NCBI GenBank assembly: GCA_965216245.1
Contig: OZ244145.1
Coordinates: 820,943 to 884,942, forward strand
Length of the DNA: 64,000 bases
Direction of reading: 5' to 3'
Source: Chloroflexota bacterium
Lineage (GTDB): Bacteria; Chloroflexota; UBA11872; VXOZ01
Shown: piece by piece, positions 1 through 9,101 of the stretch
Layout of the letters: each line of letters begins with the position of its first letter
How positions within the stretch are numbered: the stretch's first letter is position 1
Program-made: the position numbers and the translations under genes
The notes under the pieces: generated by a model
The model's input: only the letters and a program-made list of their open reading frames with translations
Told to the model about the DNA's origin: nothing
Databases searched by the model: none

Positions 1-864
1 ATGGGTGTGCAGGTCGCCAAAGAAGATGCGGTCGCTGCTTGCCTCTACTACGTCAATCGGGTTGCTAACGCCGGATAAGCCAGATTCCCACGCCGCAGCC
101 GTAACCGTGACCGGGCCTACCGCATTCCTGGCAACGATGAATGGCCCAATCCGCGCCGTGCCGCCTTCACTCGCCGCAATGGCGAAAGGTGCAGGTCCGC
201 TGATGCCGCCCGGCTTCGCACCGAGAGCGACTTCCCCTTTAAAGTCCGTACAGACATTGCCATACGCATCCTCCACCCGCACCAGCACGGAAAATGCTTC
301 ACCAGTAGTAACCGTGGCAGGGGCAACCACGCCCAGGCGGGCGGGCGACCCGGCTACCACATCCACAATCGGCAATTCCGGCAACAACCGATAGCCTTTC
401 GGGTCGCCGCCGGGATAGCGCGGATTGCTGTAGCTGGCATTGCCCTGCACGTCGACCAAGACCTGGAAGTACATCTCAGTCATCGCGACTTCCTGGGCAC
501 GCGCGCGTTCGTAGAAACCGGCTACGTACGAGCCGGCATCACCGATGGTTACGGCGATTTCTTCGCCCGGTTGCAGCGCAGCACCCTCAACCGTGACAAA
601 GACACAAGGAAACTGCGCATGGTGGTATTTGAGCGGGTAGTCGTTCCGTACCTGCACGGAGACGCCACAGCTACCGCTCGTCGTGGCAATTACGTGGCCG
701 AGCCGCCACCGCACGCTATGCACACAGGGCGGAACCACGGCAATACCGCCGCCGGGAACGATACCGGCACTCCCCGCCGTATAGGTAAGCGTCCACGTGC
801 CAAATGCACCCGCAACGACCGGGCCCGCCGGATCAAGCGTGCAAGAGCCAAGTTCGGCTCGCAT
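1..864 (-). CDS. Hypothetical protein, C-terminally truncated by the window edge. It has a beta-rich N-terminal region followed by an FGDLHTH motif typical of the start of a PHP-type metal-dependent phosphoesterase domain. The start is an ATG at 864, or alternatively a GTG at about 957.
   Basis: Manual translation of the minus strand gives one uninterrupted frame from about 990 down to position 1 (..DRIFFGDLHTH at the edge). The ORF track does not list it because it has no in-window stop. The plus-strand ORFs 5-394 and 571-939 are low-complexity antisense artefacts. Confidence 0.45.
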   Translation of the reverse strand, partial: MRAELGSCTLDPAGPVVAGAFGTWTLTYTAGSAGIVPGGGIAVVPPCVHSVRWRLGHVIATTSGSCGVSVQVRNDYPLKYHHAQFPCVFVTVEGAALQPGEEIAVTIGDAGSYVAGFYERARAQEVAMTEMYFQVLVDVQGNASYSNPRYPGGDPKGYRLLPELPIVDVVAGSPARLGVVAPATVTTGEAFSVLVRVEDAYGNVCTDFKGEVALGAKPGGISGPAPFAIAASEGGTARIGPFIVARNAVGPVTVTAAAWESGLSGVSNPIDVVEASSDRIFFGDLHTH

Positions 865-1107
865 TGCAGCGTCTGTTGCTTCTGCAGTGACCTGCACGCC
901 ATGGGTAACACCCTGTTCTACTGGCGTTGGTGGTGCTGATTTCTTGCTTTCGCTCACTAGTGCGCTCCTCTGTAAGGAATGTAGCGCGATGACCTATCCG
1001 CTTTCCAATGCGCAGAGATTTGCCCCCCCCCCTCTTTGCCGTCCACTATGCCAGACGATCAACTCTAGACTTTGGGGCTATCTCACAACTCCCCATTTGT
1101 AAGGAGG

Positions 1108-1134
1108 GCGCAGGTTACAAACCTGCGCTACCGG
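1108..1134 (-). repeat. 26-nt hairpin repeat, reverse orientation (reverse complement is CCGGTAGCGCAGGTTTGTAACCTGCGC).
   Basis: Exact-match family with the copies at 19931 and 41751. Confidence 0.55.
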
Positions 1135-1295
1135 ACTACTCTCCCTTACTAAGACATTTCCGCGAACCGGTCCGCGAACCGGGACAGGCGAGAATACTCC
1201 TTCTCCCTGGGGAGAGGGCCGGGATGAGGGGAAATTCTCACCGTTTCAGCCAATTTCCGCGCGCTCGTCAGTTTTGCGCAAAGGTCTTCTTACGG

Positions 1296-2066
1296 CTACG
1301 CGCCAAATAGACGCGCCGCATTCTCTTTGAATAACTTCTGTTTGTACGCGTCCGCTATCTGCGTCTCGGTCTCGATGCTGAGCAACGCTGATTCATGGTA
1401 GTGCAGCGGAGAGTTGGAGCCAAACAGCACGTGGTCCGGCCCGATGGTCTTGCAGAGCTTTGCAACGTCGTGGATTGGCCCCTGCACGCGGCTGTTCTCT
1501 ACATACAGGTTATCGCGCTTATCCACGCCCTGCCAGATGCTCGTAACCTCTCGAAAACGCCCAGCAGTGACAAGAAAGCGCACCTGCGGGAAAGCGTTTA
1601 CCGTCTGGGCAATATCGCCAGCCGCAACATCCGGGACTATCACTAGACGGTGGTGATGCCGCACGTCTTCCAGGCCGATGGCAATGAGGATGAGCAGACC
1701 ATGCTCCTGCGCCATCTCCAGCAAGCGCAAGTTCTCTTGCCCAAGCAACTCATACTGGTGGTAATTGGGATGCAGGCGCAGATTCTGTACGCCAAGTTCT
1801 TCTAAGCAGATTTCCAAGTCTTCGTCCCAGCCCGGATACGCCGGATTGACGGTATACGCCGGAATGAAGCGGTCCGGATGTGTTTGCACGATCTTGTGCA
1901 GTTCGCGGTTGCCGACGAGCAGGTCTTTGAAGAAGACATTCTCCAGACGTGAAACCACAGCCTTTTCTATGCCGAGGGCATCCATCTTGCGCAGCAGGGC
2001 ATCAGGCTGAGAGCAGGGCAAGCGGCGAAACGGCCACTCGCCGACATAGGCATTACTATCGATCAT
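1296..2066 (-). CDS. Amidohydrolase-2 family (PF04909) paralog with degenerate metal ligands (MIDSNAY instead of IDVHVH; GSN instead of GTD). It is a probable non-metal or pseudoenzyme variant. The start was moved to the internal Met that aligns with the paralog N-termini.
   Basis: Fold-level similarity to the two downstream paralogs. The N-terminus MIDSNAY aligns with MKGDLVAIIDVHVHT and MNAVIIDVHVHPH. Using M16 removes the 28-bp overlap with the upstream gene. Confidence 0.6.
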   Translation of the reverse strand: MIDSNAYVGEWPFRRLPCSQPDALLRKMDALGIEKAVVSRLENVFFKDLLVGNRELHKIVQTHPDRFIPAYTVNPAYPGWDEDLEICLEELGVQNLRLHPNYHQYELLGQENLRLLEMAQEHGLLILIAIGLEDVRHHHRLVIVPDVAAGDIAQTVNAFPQVRFLVTAGRFREVTSIWQGVDKRDNLYVENSRVQGPIHDVAKLCKTIGPDHVLFGSNSPLHYHESALLSIETETQIADAYKQKLFKENAARLFGA

Positions 2067-2083
2067 GAAATCCTGCCCTTCTT

Positions 2084-2884
2084 TCAAGCCTGGTGCTGGG
2101 CCGACTTGCACGCCGCCAGCACGCGCGCCATGTTTCTGTAGAGAATCTTCTCTTTATCTTCATTCTGCAGGTCCGTGCCAAGTACTTTCGCAAGCTGTGA
2201 GGGGAACGAGCGGCCCGGCATGTCGGTGCCAAAGATTACGCGGTCAGCTCCAACATGGTCAACGAGTATGTGCACGCCAGCCGCATTGCATTCGTTACCG
2301 GCGATATCCAGCAAAACATTGGGACAACTACGGAAGACCTTAGCGCCGTATTCGTAATCACCGCCGGCATGCGCCGCAATGATGGTGGCGTTCGGATGGC
2401 GGCGCGCCATATCCGCCACTATCTCCGGCGACGATTCCCCGTAGCCTAGTCCATCTGCCTTCAGCCACGTGTGCTGCAAGGCCGGCACGCGGTAGTGCGC
2501 ACAGATTTCCAGCAAGCGGTCCACGCGTGGATCGGAGCACGGCAGCGCGTGCCACAGCTTGAGACCGACAAAGTGCTGCTCCGTCAAGCGTCTCTCTAGC
2601 TCCGCCGCCGCGGCGTCAGCATGGTAGGGGTTCACGTAGCAGAAACCGCGCACGCGCTCGGGATAGCGCTGCATGAGCGCGTACGTCTCGTCATTGGAGC
2701 GCCGGCAGAATTCCGGCGTTGGGAATGAGTAGCGAGAAGCATCAGCCACCGGCCGGATGGCGTACGTCACAAGCACCGCGTCGAATTGCTCCGCTATTTC
2801 GATCTGTTCCGCGAAGTCGTCCAACGATTTCCCTACGTCGGTATGGACGTGGACGTCAATAATCGCCACCAAATCGCCTTTCAA
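2084..2884 (-). CDS. Amidohydrolase-2 family metal-dependent hydrolase/decarboxylase (the superfamily includes ACMSD, LigW and LigI).
   Basis: IDVHVHT HxH motif, a later AHAGG His and a GTDMP Asp, with TIM-barrel amidohydrolase_2 spacing. It is a close paralog of 3027-3836. Confidence 0.75.
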   Translation of the reverse strand: MKGDLVAIIDVHVHTDVGKSLDDFAEQIEIAEQFDAVLVTYAIRPVADASRYSFPTPEFCRRSNDETYALMQRYPERVRGFCYVNPYHADAAAAELERRLTEQHFVGLKLWHALPCSDPRVDRLLEICAHYRVPALQHTWLKADGLGYGESSPEIVADMARRHPNATIIAAHAGGDYEYGAKVFRSCPNVLLDIAGNECNAAGVHILVDHVGADRVIFGTDMPGRSFPSQLAKVLGTDLQNEDKEKILYRNMARVLAACKSAQHQA

Positions 2885-2908
2885 GTCTCAAGTGGGATAG
2901 TTCGCGAT

Positions 2909-2936
2909 GTCATTCCGAGCGCAGCGAGGAATCTAG
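2909..2936. repeat. Solo terminal-repeat unit of the same family (GTCATTCCGAGCGCAGCGAGGAATCTAG) between the two amidohydrolase paralogs.
   Basis: Exact match of the 18-nt core to the 22859 and 23244 copies. Confidence 0.5.
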
Positions 2937-3026
2937 GGCCTCGGTTTGCCATCCCTCGCCAGTTCTCTGCCCAAAATGACGGCACAACGGACCTGAATTC
3001 AATAGGAGCGCATTGCGCCCAAGATT

Positions 3027-3836
3027 TCAACACTGTGTAGCAAAGATCAACGGATTCTTGATGGTCTTGGTCCCGGCCAGTACTCGCGCCATATTCCCAT
3101 AGAGAATGTTGTCTTTATCGTCTGTACTTAAGTCCGCGCCCAGCACCTTTGCCAGTTGCGATGGAAAGGAACGGCCCGGCATGTCTGTGCCGAAGATTAC
3201 ACGGTCCGCCCCCACGTGATCCACGAGTATTTCCACATAGCCGGCGTTGCACTCGTTGCCGCCAATGTCGAGCAACACGTTGTCACACGAACGAAAGACC
3301 TTCGCACCATACTCGTAGTCGCCGCCGGCGTGGGCGGCAATGATTGTGGTGCGCGGATGGCGTTTTGCCAGCGCGGCGACCATCGCCGGCGGCGATTCGC
3401 CGGTCTTCTGTCCATTCGCCTTAATCCACGTGTGCTGAAGTGCGGGCACGCGGTAGTGGGCGCAAATCTCCATGAGCGCATCGAGCCGTACATCAACGCA
3501 CGGCACCGCCACCCAGAGCTTGAGGCCGACGAAGTGCTGCTGCCCCAAACGAAAATCAAGTTCGTCACACGCCTCCCGCGCATGGCCGGGGTTCACGTAG
3601 GCGAATCCCTGCACGCGCTCAGGGTAACGCTCCATCAACACGTGAGTCTGATCGTTGCAGGCGCGGATGTTCTCCGGTGTAGGGTATTCGTGGTTGTTCC
3701 CGACCTCTACCGGCCGCACTGAGTAGGTGACAAGGTGGGCATCAAACTGCTCAGCAATAGCGATCAACTCAGCGAAGTCATCTAATTTGCGTGAAACGTG
3801 TGGGTGCACGTGTACGTCTATAATCACCGCATTCAC
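3027..3836 (-). CDS. Amidohydrolase-2 family metal-dependent hydrolase/decarboxylase (tandem paralog).
   Basis: IIDVHVHPH, AHAGGDYEYGAKVF and GTDMPGRSFPSQLAKVLG are conserved with 2084-2884. I estimate about 75-80% nucleotide identity from eyeballing aligned stretches. Confidence 0.75.
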   Translation of the reverse strand: MNAVIIDVHVHPHVSRKLDDFAELIAIAEQFDAHLVTYSVRPVEVGNNHEYPTPENIRACNDQTHVLMERYPERVQGFAYVNPGHAREACDELDFRLGQQHFVGLKLWVAVPCVDVRLDALMEICAHYRVPALQHTWIKANGQKTGESPPAMVAALAKRHPRTTIIAAHAGGDYEYGAKVFRSCDNVLLDIGGNECNAGYVEILVDHVGADRVIFGTDMPGRSFPSQLAKVLGADLSTDDKDNILYGNMARVLAGTKTIKNPLIFATQC

Positions 3837-4021
3837 GCTCTTCTTTGGTTACACTGGGTTGAACTGCGAAGTTTCAAATTGCAATAGGAAACCAATCGCC
3901 AGCATAAGAACCACTAATCACTACACCGCGCACCCGCTGGCAACTGCATAAACTCAATGACTCCATGCGTAGAACACGCTGGCTTAGCAGCAAATGCCGC
4001 TAAGCCAGCGCAGCACGTCTT

Positions 4022-5467
4022 CTACCAACCGCCCACAAGCTCCTGCCACTTCTCGATGATAATGTTCCACTCCTGTTCGACGTTTGCGAGACCTTCTTGA
4101 ATCGTGATGTTCCCCGCCATGACATCGGGCAGGAATCTACTCAACGACGTCCGCATCTCGTCAGCGCCGGGAATCGGCAGCGAATGCGACGCTCGGAACG
4201 GGATCTGATAGCTCTGGTGTTCGAGGAACGGATCACCCTCGGTGAAATCGGGCGAATTGGCGACGGAGAGTCGAATGGGCACGCGGTCCCAGGCCTTTGC
4301 CCAGCGAATGTTATTCTCCGGGCGTGACACGAACTCAATCCAAGCAAACGCCTCTTCGGGCACCGTCGTCCACGACGCCATGATCCAGATGTGATGACCG
4401 CTCCAACTCGCTTGGCGCACGGCGTTGGGCGGCTTCGGGTGCTCGATGATACTAAACCCGAAGTCCGGGTCAATTGGATAGATTTCCGCCTTGCGCGTGG
4501 AGTACGTTGCATACATTGAGGCGGTAAAGTCGTTGACAAGCGCAGCCCCACGCGGAGATCCAGAAGGACGAGCCGTCTTGTGCAGTGTAGCCAGCGCATC
4601 CCAGCCGCCCTGCATATCGTTTAGCTTCTTGACCCACGTCAGTGCCTCAACGGCTTCGGGGCTATTGATGGCCGCTTTGGTCAGGTCGTCACTGACCCGC
4701 TGGCCGCCGAGCTGTAAGAACGGCGTAATCCATTGGAACCGTCCGCCGCTGCCCCATTCGGGCGGGAAGCCCGCTACCACTACATTGCCAGCAGAATCTT
4801 TCCGCAGGGTCTTCTGAATGACCGATTCAAGCTCATCCCACGTTGCAGGACCATTTTCCGGGTCCAATCCATTTTCCAGAAAGATGCTATTGTGCATATA
4901 GATAACGCGCAGATCCGGGCCGTAAGGAAAGCCATAGAGCTGACCGTCTTTGCTCCAGACCATATTCTCGGTCAGGCTATCCCAAATGTCCTCCATATCG
5001 ATGTTGGAGCTCTTGACGAGGTCATTCAAACCGCGCGCCTGGCCGAGCGCACCGTGCTCAATGGCGTGCCACTCGCCCCAGGAACTAATGTCGTGAGGAG
5101 TGTTGGCAGCGAACGCCGTTCTGAATGCGGCATAGCGTTCGCCTGAATTACTGGACGGCGGATTGACATCAAAGTCGATATCGGGATGCTCTGCGCGAAA
5201 CTCCGCCACAAGCTCCGCAGATACACCCTCTTCATCCTGGAACTTGAAGTACGGATGCGTTGCAAACAGCACGTATACGGACTCTTTTTCGGGGGCAGCA
5301 GCCTCTGCTTGCGGTGCTTCCGCTTGCTCTTCTGTAGCCGCGGTCTGAACAGGCACGGCACCGCAAGCTGCAAGTGCGAGGACACCTAATGCGCCTCCTG
5401 AACCTACCAGAACGTTGCGGCGTGAAATTCGCTTTGCGTGAAAATCCATTGGTCTGCCTTTCTCCAC
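4022..5467 (-). CDS. ABC transporter extracellular solute-binding protein, family 1 (carbohydrate-type). It is a Tat-signal lipoprotein (SRRNVLVGSGGALGVLALAAC). An alternative start is MDFHAKR at 5449.
   Basis: RR motif followed by a lipobox Cys. A Glu/Ala/Pro-rich linker is followed by a periplasmic-binding-protein type fold. It is paralogous to 13056-14432 (shared DPENGPATWDE block). Confidence 0.75.
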   Translation of the reverse strand: MEKGRPMDFHAKRISRRNVLVGSGGALGVLALAACGAVPVQTAATEEQAEAPQAEAAAPEKESVYVLFATHPYFKFQDEEGVSAELVAEFRAEHPDIDFDVNPPSSNSGERYAAFRTAFAANTPHDISSWGEWHAIEHGALGQARGLNDLVKSSNIDMEDIWDSLTENMVWSKDGQLYGFPYGPDLRVIYMHNSIFLENGLDPENGPATWDELESVIQKTLRKDSAGNVVVAGFPPEWGSGGRFQWITPFLQLGGQRVSDDLTKAAINSPEAVEALTWVKKLNDMQGGWDALATLHKTARPSGSPRGAALVNDFTASMYATYSTRKAEIYPIDPDFGFSIIEHPKPPNAVRQASWSGHHIWIMASWTTVPEEAFAWIEFVSRPENNIRWAKAWDRVPIRLSVANSPDFTEGDPFLEHQSYQIPFRASHSLPIPGADEMRTSLSRFLPDVMAGNITIQEGLANVEQEWNIIIEKWQELVGGW

Positions 5468-5741
5468 ACTTCTACTTAGCTTTCCGGTCGCACAAACGCG
5501 CTACCTTGAGCGCTTTGCGCAGCCGCTCTTAGCCATCCATCGGCAAAAAGAACTTACGCGCCCGTACCTCCTTTCCGCTTAATTCGACAGTCCACTTTCG
5601 CCTGAGAGTAGCGGCCGTCGGCGGTATTCGGCTTGCTTAAGTTTTCGTTATTCTGCGCTGAGTCCGAACGGCGTCGCCCAAGGATTCTCTGCTCGATATC
5701 CTGCCAGGTGTTGGATTTCCAAACCGATCGCAGGGCAGTTG

Positions 5742-6518
5742 CTAGAGAATCTGCGACAAGAAACGGCGCACCCGCTCGTGGCGCGGATTATTGAAGAACT
5801 CAGCAGGCGGCAGGTCTTCGACGATCTGGCCTTCGTCGAACATAACGATGCGGTCGGCCACTTCGCGGGCAAAACCCAACTCGTGGGTGATAGCCACGAT
5901 GGTCATCTGCTGTGAAGAAGCCAGTTCTTTCATTACTTCCAGCACTTCCTTGATCATCTCCGGGTCCAGAGCCGACGTGGGCTCGTCGAAGAGCATGATC
6001 TTGGGTTGCATCGCCAGCGCACGGGCGATAGCGACACGCTGCTGCTGACCGCCCGAGAGTTCGCCTGGATATTTGTCAGCCTGTTCCGGTATGCCCACAC
6101 GCTCCAGGAGCTCCCGCGCACTGTTCTCCGCATCGGCCAAGGGCGTTTTGCGCACCTTGGTTGGAGCCAGCGTGATGTTACGCAGTACCGTTAGATGGGG
6201 AAAGAGGTTGAACGATTGGAACACCATGCCTACCTCTCGGCGAATGGCGTCTATGTTGCGCACATCATCGGTCATCTCGACCCCATCAACGATGATATCG
6301 CCGCGCTGATGTTGCTCCAAGCGGTTGATGGCGCGGATAAACGTAGACTTACCCGAGCCGGAGGGGCCGATAACCACCACCACCTCGCTGCGGCGCACAG
6401 AGGTGGTGACGCCACGCAGGGCATGGAAGTCACCGAACCACTTGTGTACGTCACGGGCCACTATGATGTTGTCTGCTTCAGGAGCCTGTTCCGACGCTAC
6501 TGCTGCTTCTGCTGCCAC
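5742..6518 (-). CDS. Polar amino-acid ABC transporter ATP-binding protein (AapP/GlnQ-like).
   Basis: Walker A GPSGSGKST, signature LSGGQQQRVAIARAL and Walker B MLFDEPTSALD. Confidence 0.85.
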   Translation of the reverse strand: MAAEAAVASEQAPEADNIIVARDVHKWFGDFHALRGVTTSVRRSEVVVVIGPSGSGKSTFIRAINRLEQHQRGDIIVDGVEMTDDVRNIDAIRREVGMVFQSFNLFPHLTVLRNITLAPTKVRKTPLADAENSARELLERVGIPEQADKYPGELSGGQQQRVAIARALAMQPKIMLFDEPTSALDPEMIKEVLEVMKELASSQQMTIVAITHELGFAREVADRIVMFDEGQIVEDLPPAEFFNNPRHERVRRFLSQIL

Positions 6519-6589
6519 GTTAACCTCCGAGTGTTTCGACGCCCCATCGCAACCCTTGCGTGGGACTCATCCTTTGAAATCACTACGCA

Positions 6590-7879
6590 TTACCGTTGGC
6601 CAACGCCAAGATGCCGTTCCACCCGACGACTGACAAATGACATTGTGTACGTAAAGATCCAGAACACCACCGCCACGAATATGAAGAGCTCCCGTGCGTT
6701 GTCCGCGAATTGGACGTTGCCCTGCACGATGGAGCGTCCCATCTCCAAAATATCCAGCATGCCGACAATGTAAACCAGACTCGTGTCCTTGAACAGCGAA
6801 ATGAACTGCCCCACGATTGCGGGTATCACATTGCGGATAGCCTGAGGCAATTGTATCAGCATGGTGACCTGCCAGCCCGGCAGACCCAGGGCACGTGCCG
6901 CCTCGGCTTGACCCGGATGCAGTCCCTGCAGTCCCCCACGAATATTCTCGGCCGTGTACGCCGCCGAGAAGAGCGTAATCACAATAGCCGCCCGCGTCAC
7001 GGAGTCGACGGGAAAGTTCGACGGCAAGGCGAGCGGTACCAGCACTTGCGACATGAAAAGCAGCGTAATCAGCGGTACGCCGCGAAAAACCTCGATGAAT
7101 ACCACGCAGAGAACCTTGACCACCGGCAGATTGCTCCGCCGTCCGAGCGCCAGCAGCACACCAATTGGAAAAGCAAAGAAGATACCCGATACTGCCAGAA
7201 TCAGGTTGAGCATCAGGCCGCCCCACTTACGCGGCGCCACCTCTTCCATGCCGGGAAAACCCGGTAATCCGTTGAGCAACAGTAGCAGGAACACGTAGAT
7301 CGCAATGCCGCCGAGCACGAACGTGCGTGGTTGCCCGGTTCTAGGATGGCTACCCAAGCCGTAGCCTAGGCCGATGGTCAACACGTTAGCCAGAATAAGA
7401 GCACGCACCCACCAGGGCATTACCACGCCCTCGTGGAAGAGGCCGTAGGGCAGCACTCCTAGCAACACCGTAACGACGCTATAGCCGATGGCAATGCGCC
7501 GGGCAGCTCCACCCCACATGGCGGCAGCCATGCCGAAGAGGATTGAGACCAGCAGCCAACCTACTAACGGCCGCCATGCGAGTTCTGTTGGGTACAGGCC
7601 GATGAGATACTGTTGCGGTCGGCTCGCGATGAGCGTCCAGTCAGCGGTGCCGAAAACCCAGCGTATAATGCTCCAGATCAACCATAGGAGCATCGGTACA
7701 GTGACCACGGTCACAATGCCGCTAAGCCAGTTGCCAAATAAGTTGGTCCTAGCCCAACCAATCCAACCTGTTTCTGTGAGTGGCGGAGGCAGTGAGGGCG
7801 CCGGTTGCCACGATTCCGCAGTAGCCATAAAGCAGCTAGCCTTAATTGAACTGGATGTGCCGGTTATAAAGATTGCCAA
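6590..7879 (-). CDS. Amino-acid ABC transporter permease (AapM/BztC-like large permease). The likely true start is the internal Met at about 7828, which removes the 38-bp overlap.
   Basis: Multiple TM segments and the EAA loop motif GQAEAARALGLPGWQVTMLIQLPQAIRNVIP. Confidence 0.8.
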   Translation of the reverse strand: MAIFITGTSSSIKASCFMATAESWQPAPSLPPPLTETGWIGWARTNLFGNWLSGIVTVVTVPMLLWLIWSIIRWVFGTADWTLIASRPQQYLIGLYPTELAWRPLVGWLLVSILFGMAAAMWGGAARRIAIGYSVVTVLLGVLPYGLFHEGVVMPWWVRALILANVLTIGLGYGLGSHPRTGQPRTFVLGGIAIYVFLLLLLNGLPGFPGMEEVAPRKWGGLMLNLILAVSGIFFAFPIGVLLALGRRSNLPVVKVLCVVFIEVFRGVPLITLLFMSQVLVPLALPSNFPVDSVTRAAIVITLFSAAYTAENIRGGLQGLHPGQAEAARALGLPGWQVTMLIQLPQAIRNVIPAIVGQFISLFKDTSLVYIVGMLDILEMGRSIVQGNVQFADNARELFIFVAVVFWIFTYTMSFVSRRVERHLGVGQR

Positions 7880-9038
7880 TCAGGGAGTATGTGAGACTGA
7901 AAAGCAAGTAAACGCCCATGATAATGAGAAATATGGTAACCGCTGGGGCCGTCTGAGTCATGGTCTTAGCCACACTGGTCAAGTCCGCGTAGCCGATGGC
8001 CAAAGCCAGACTACTGTTCTTAGTTAAGTTTAGGTACTGACTGATAAGAGGCGGGACGATGACACGCAGCGCCTGTGGGAAAGTAACGAAGCGCAACGTC
8101 TGCATGGTACCCAAGCCCAAAGAGCGGGATGCCTCGCTCTGTCCCCGCAATACGGATTGCAACCCACCGCGCACTATCTCGGCAATAAAGGCTGAGGTAT
8201 AGATGATCAATCCTAGCAACAACGCTGTCAGTTCGATAGATACGGCGTAGCCGCCTACCGGATGACCGAAGCGACCCTCCGGATGCGGGACACTCATGAT
8301 GAACGGGGCATCACCAATGATCACCCACACCACCCACGCAATCAAAGAACCCACTAACGCCACGCCAATCGCCCCCAACCAGGGATAGGACGAGCGGCCG
8401 GTTCGCAGTTCGCGCCGATCCAGATACAGGTGTGCGACGAACCCCAACGCGATAGCCGCTACAACGCATAGAAGCCACAACCCCGGCCGCTGTTGACCCT
8501 CAGGCCATGGAAACGACAACCCCGCGTTATTGTTCAGGTAGACAGCATCAAACCAGACAAATCCACCCTGTTGTACCGATGGCAGTCCCAGCAGCAAGAT
8601 GTACCAGAAGAAGAGTTGCACTAACAGGGGAACATTGCGAAAGATCTCCACGTAAACAGTAGCTACTTTGCTAATCACCCAGTTGCCGGAAAGCTGTACC
8701 GCGCCCACGATGATGCCTAGAGTAGTAGCGAGTATCACACCCACTATAGACACCATCAGCGTGTTGGTGGCGGCTACGAGGAAGGCATAGCCAAAGCTAT
8801 CGCTCTCTTCGTAGGGCAGCAGGTGTTCACTTATAGGCGTGGAGTACTCTCGGTTCAGAAACGACCAGCCGAAGGGAATGTCTCGTTGATCCATCGCAGA
8901 CGCAATGTTGGAGATGAAGAACGCCACAGCCGCCACCACAAGGATCCCCGACACGATCTGCGTGGTCCAGCTAAGGATACGAGAGTGTCGCCAAAGAGGA
9001 ATTCCCTGGTACGTTAGCGAAAGTCGCATTTCGTGCAA
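7842..9038 (-). CDS. Amino-acid ABC transporter permease (AapQ/BztB-like).
   Basis: EAA loop GQSEASRSLGLGTMQTLRFVTFPQALRVIVPP and polytopic membrane topology. Confidence 0.8.
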   Translation of the reverse strand: MHEMRLSLTYQGIPLWRHSRILSWTTQIVSGILVVAAVAFFISNIASAMDQRDIPFGWSFLNREYSTPISEHLLPYEESDSFGYAFLVAATNTLMVSIVGVILATTLGIIVGAVQLSGNWVISKVATVYVEIFRNVPLLVQLFFWYILLLGLPSVQQGGFVWFDAVYLNNNAGLSFPWPEGQQRPGLWLLCVVAAIALGFVAHLYLDRRELRTGRSSYPWLGAIGVALVGSLIAWVVWVIIGDAPFIMSVPHPEGRFGHPVGGYAVSIELTALLLGLIIYTSAFIAEIVRGGLQSVLRGQSEASRSLGLGTMQTLRFVTFPQALRVIVPPLISQYLNLTKNSSLALAIGYADLTSVAKTMTQTAPAVTIFLIIMGVYLLFSLTYSLIGNLYNRHIQFN

Positions 9039-9101
9039 CTCCTAGCAATTCTGCCGCGTCATTACGGGCGACGGTTCTCCAAGTGACCCGACGCCCTTTG
9101 G

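Noticed and set aside
5-939. Plus-strand ORFs 5-394 and 571-939 at the window start.
   Set aside because: They are low-complexity and Ala/Thr/Pro-rich. They lie antisense to a clean uninterrupted minus-strand frame that has a PHP-like motif, so the minus-strand gene is the real one.
6567-7226. Minus-strand 219-aa ORF, and several 100-190 aa plus-strand ORFs, inside the aap permease genes.
   Set aside because: These are alternative-frame or antisense ORFs typical of high-GC DNA. The permease frames carry EAA motifs and TM periodicity.
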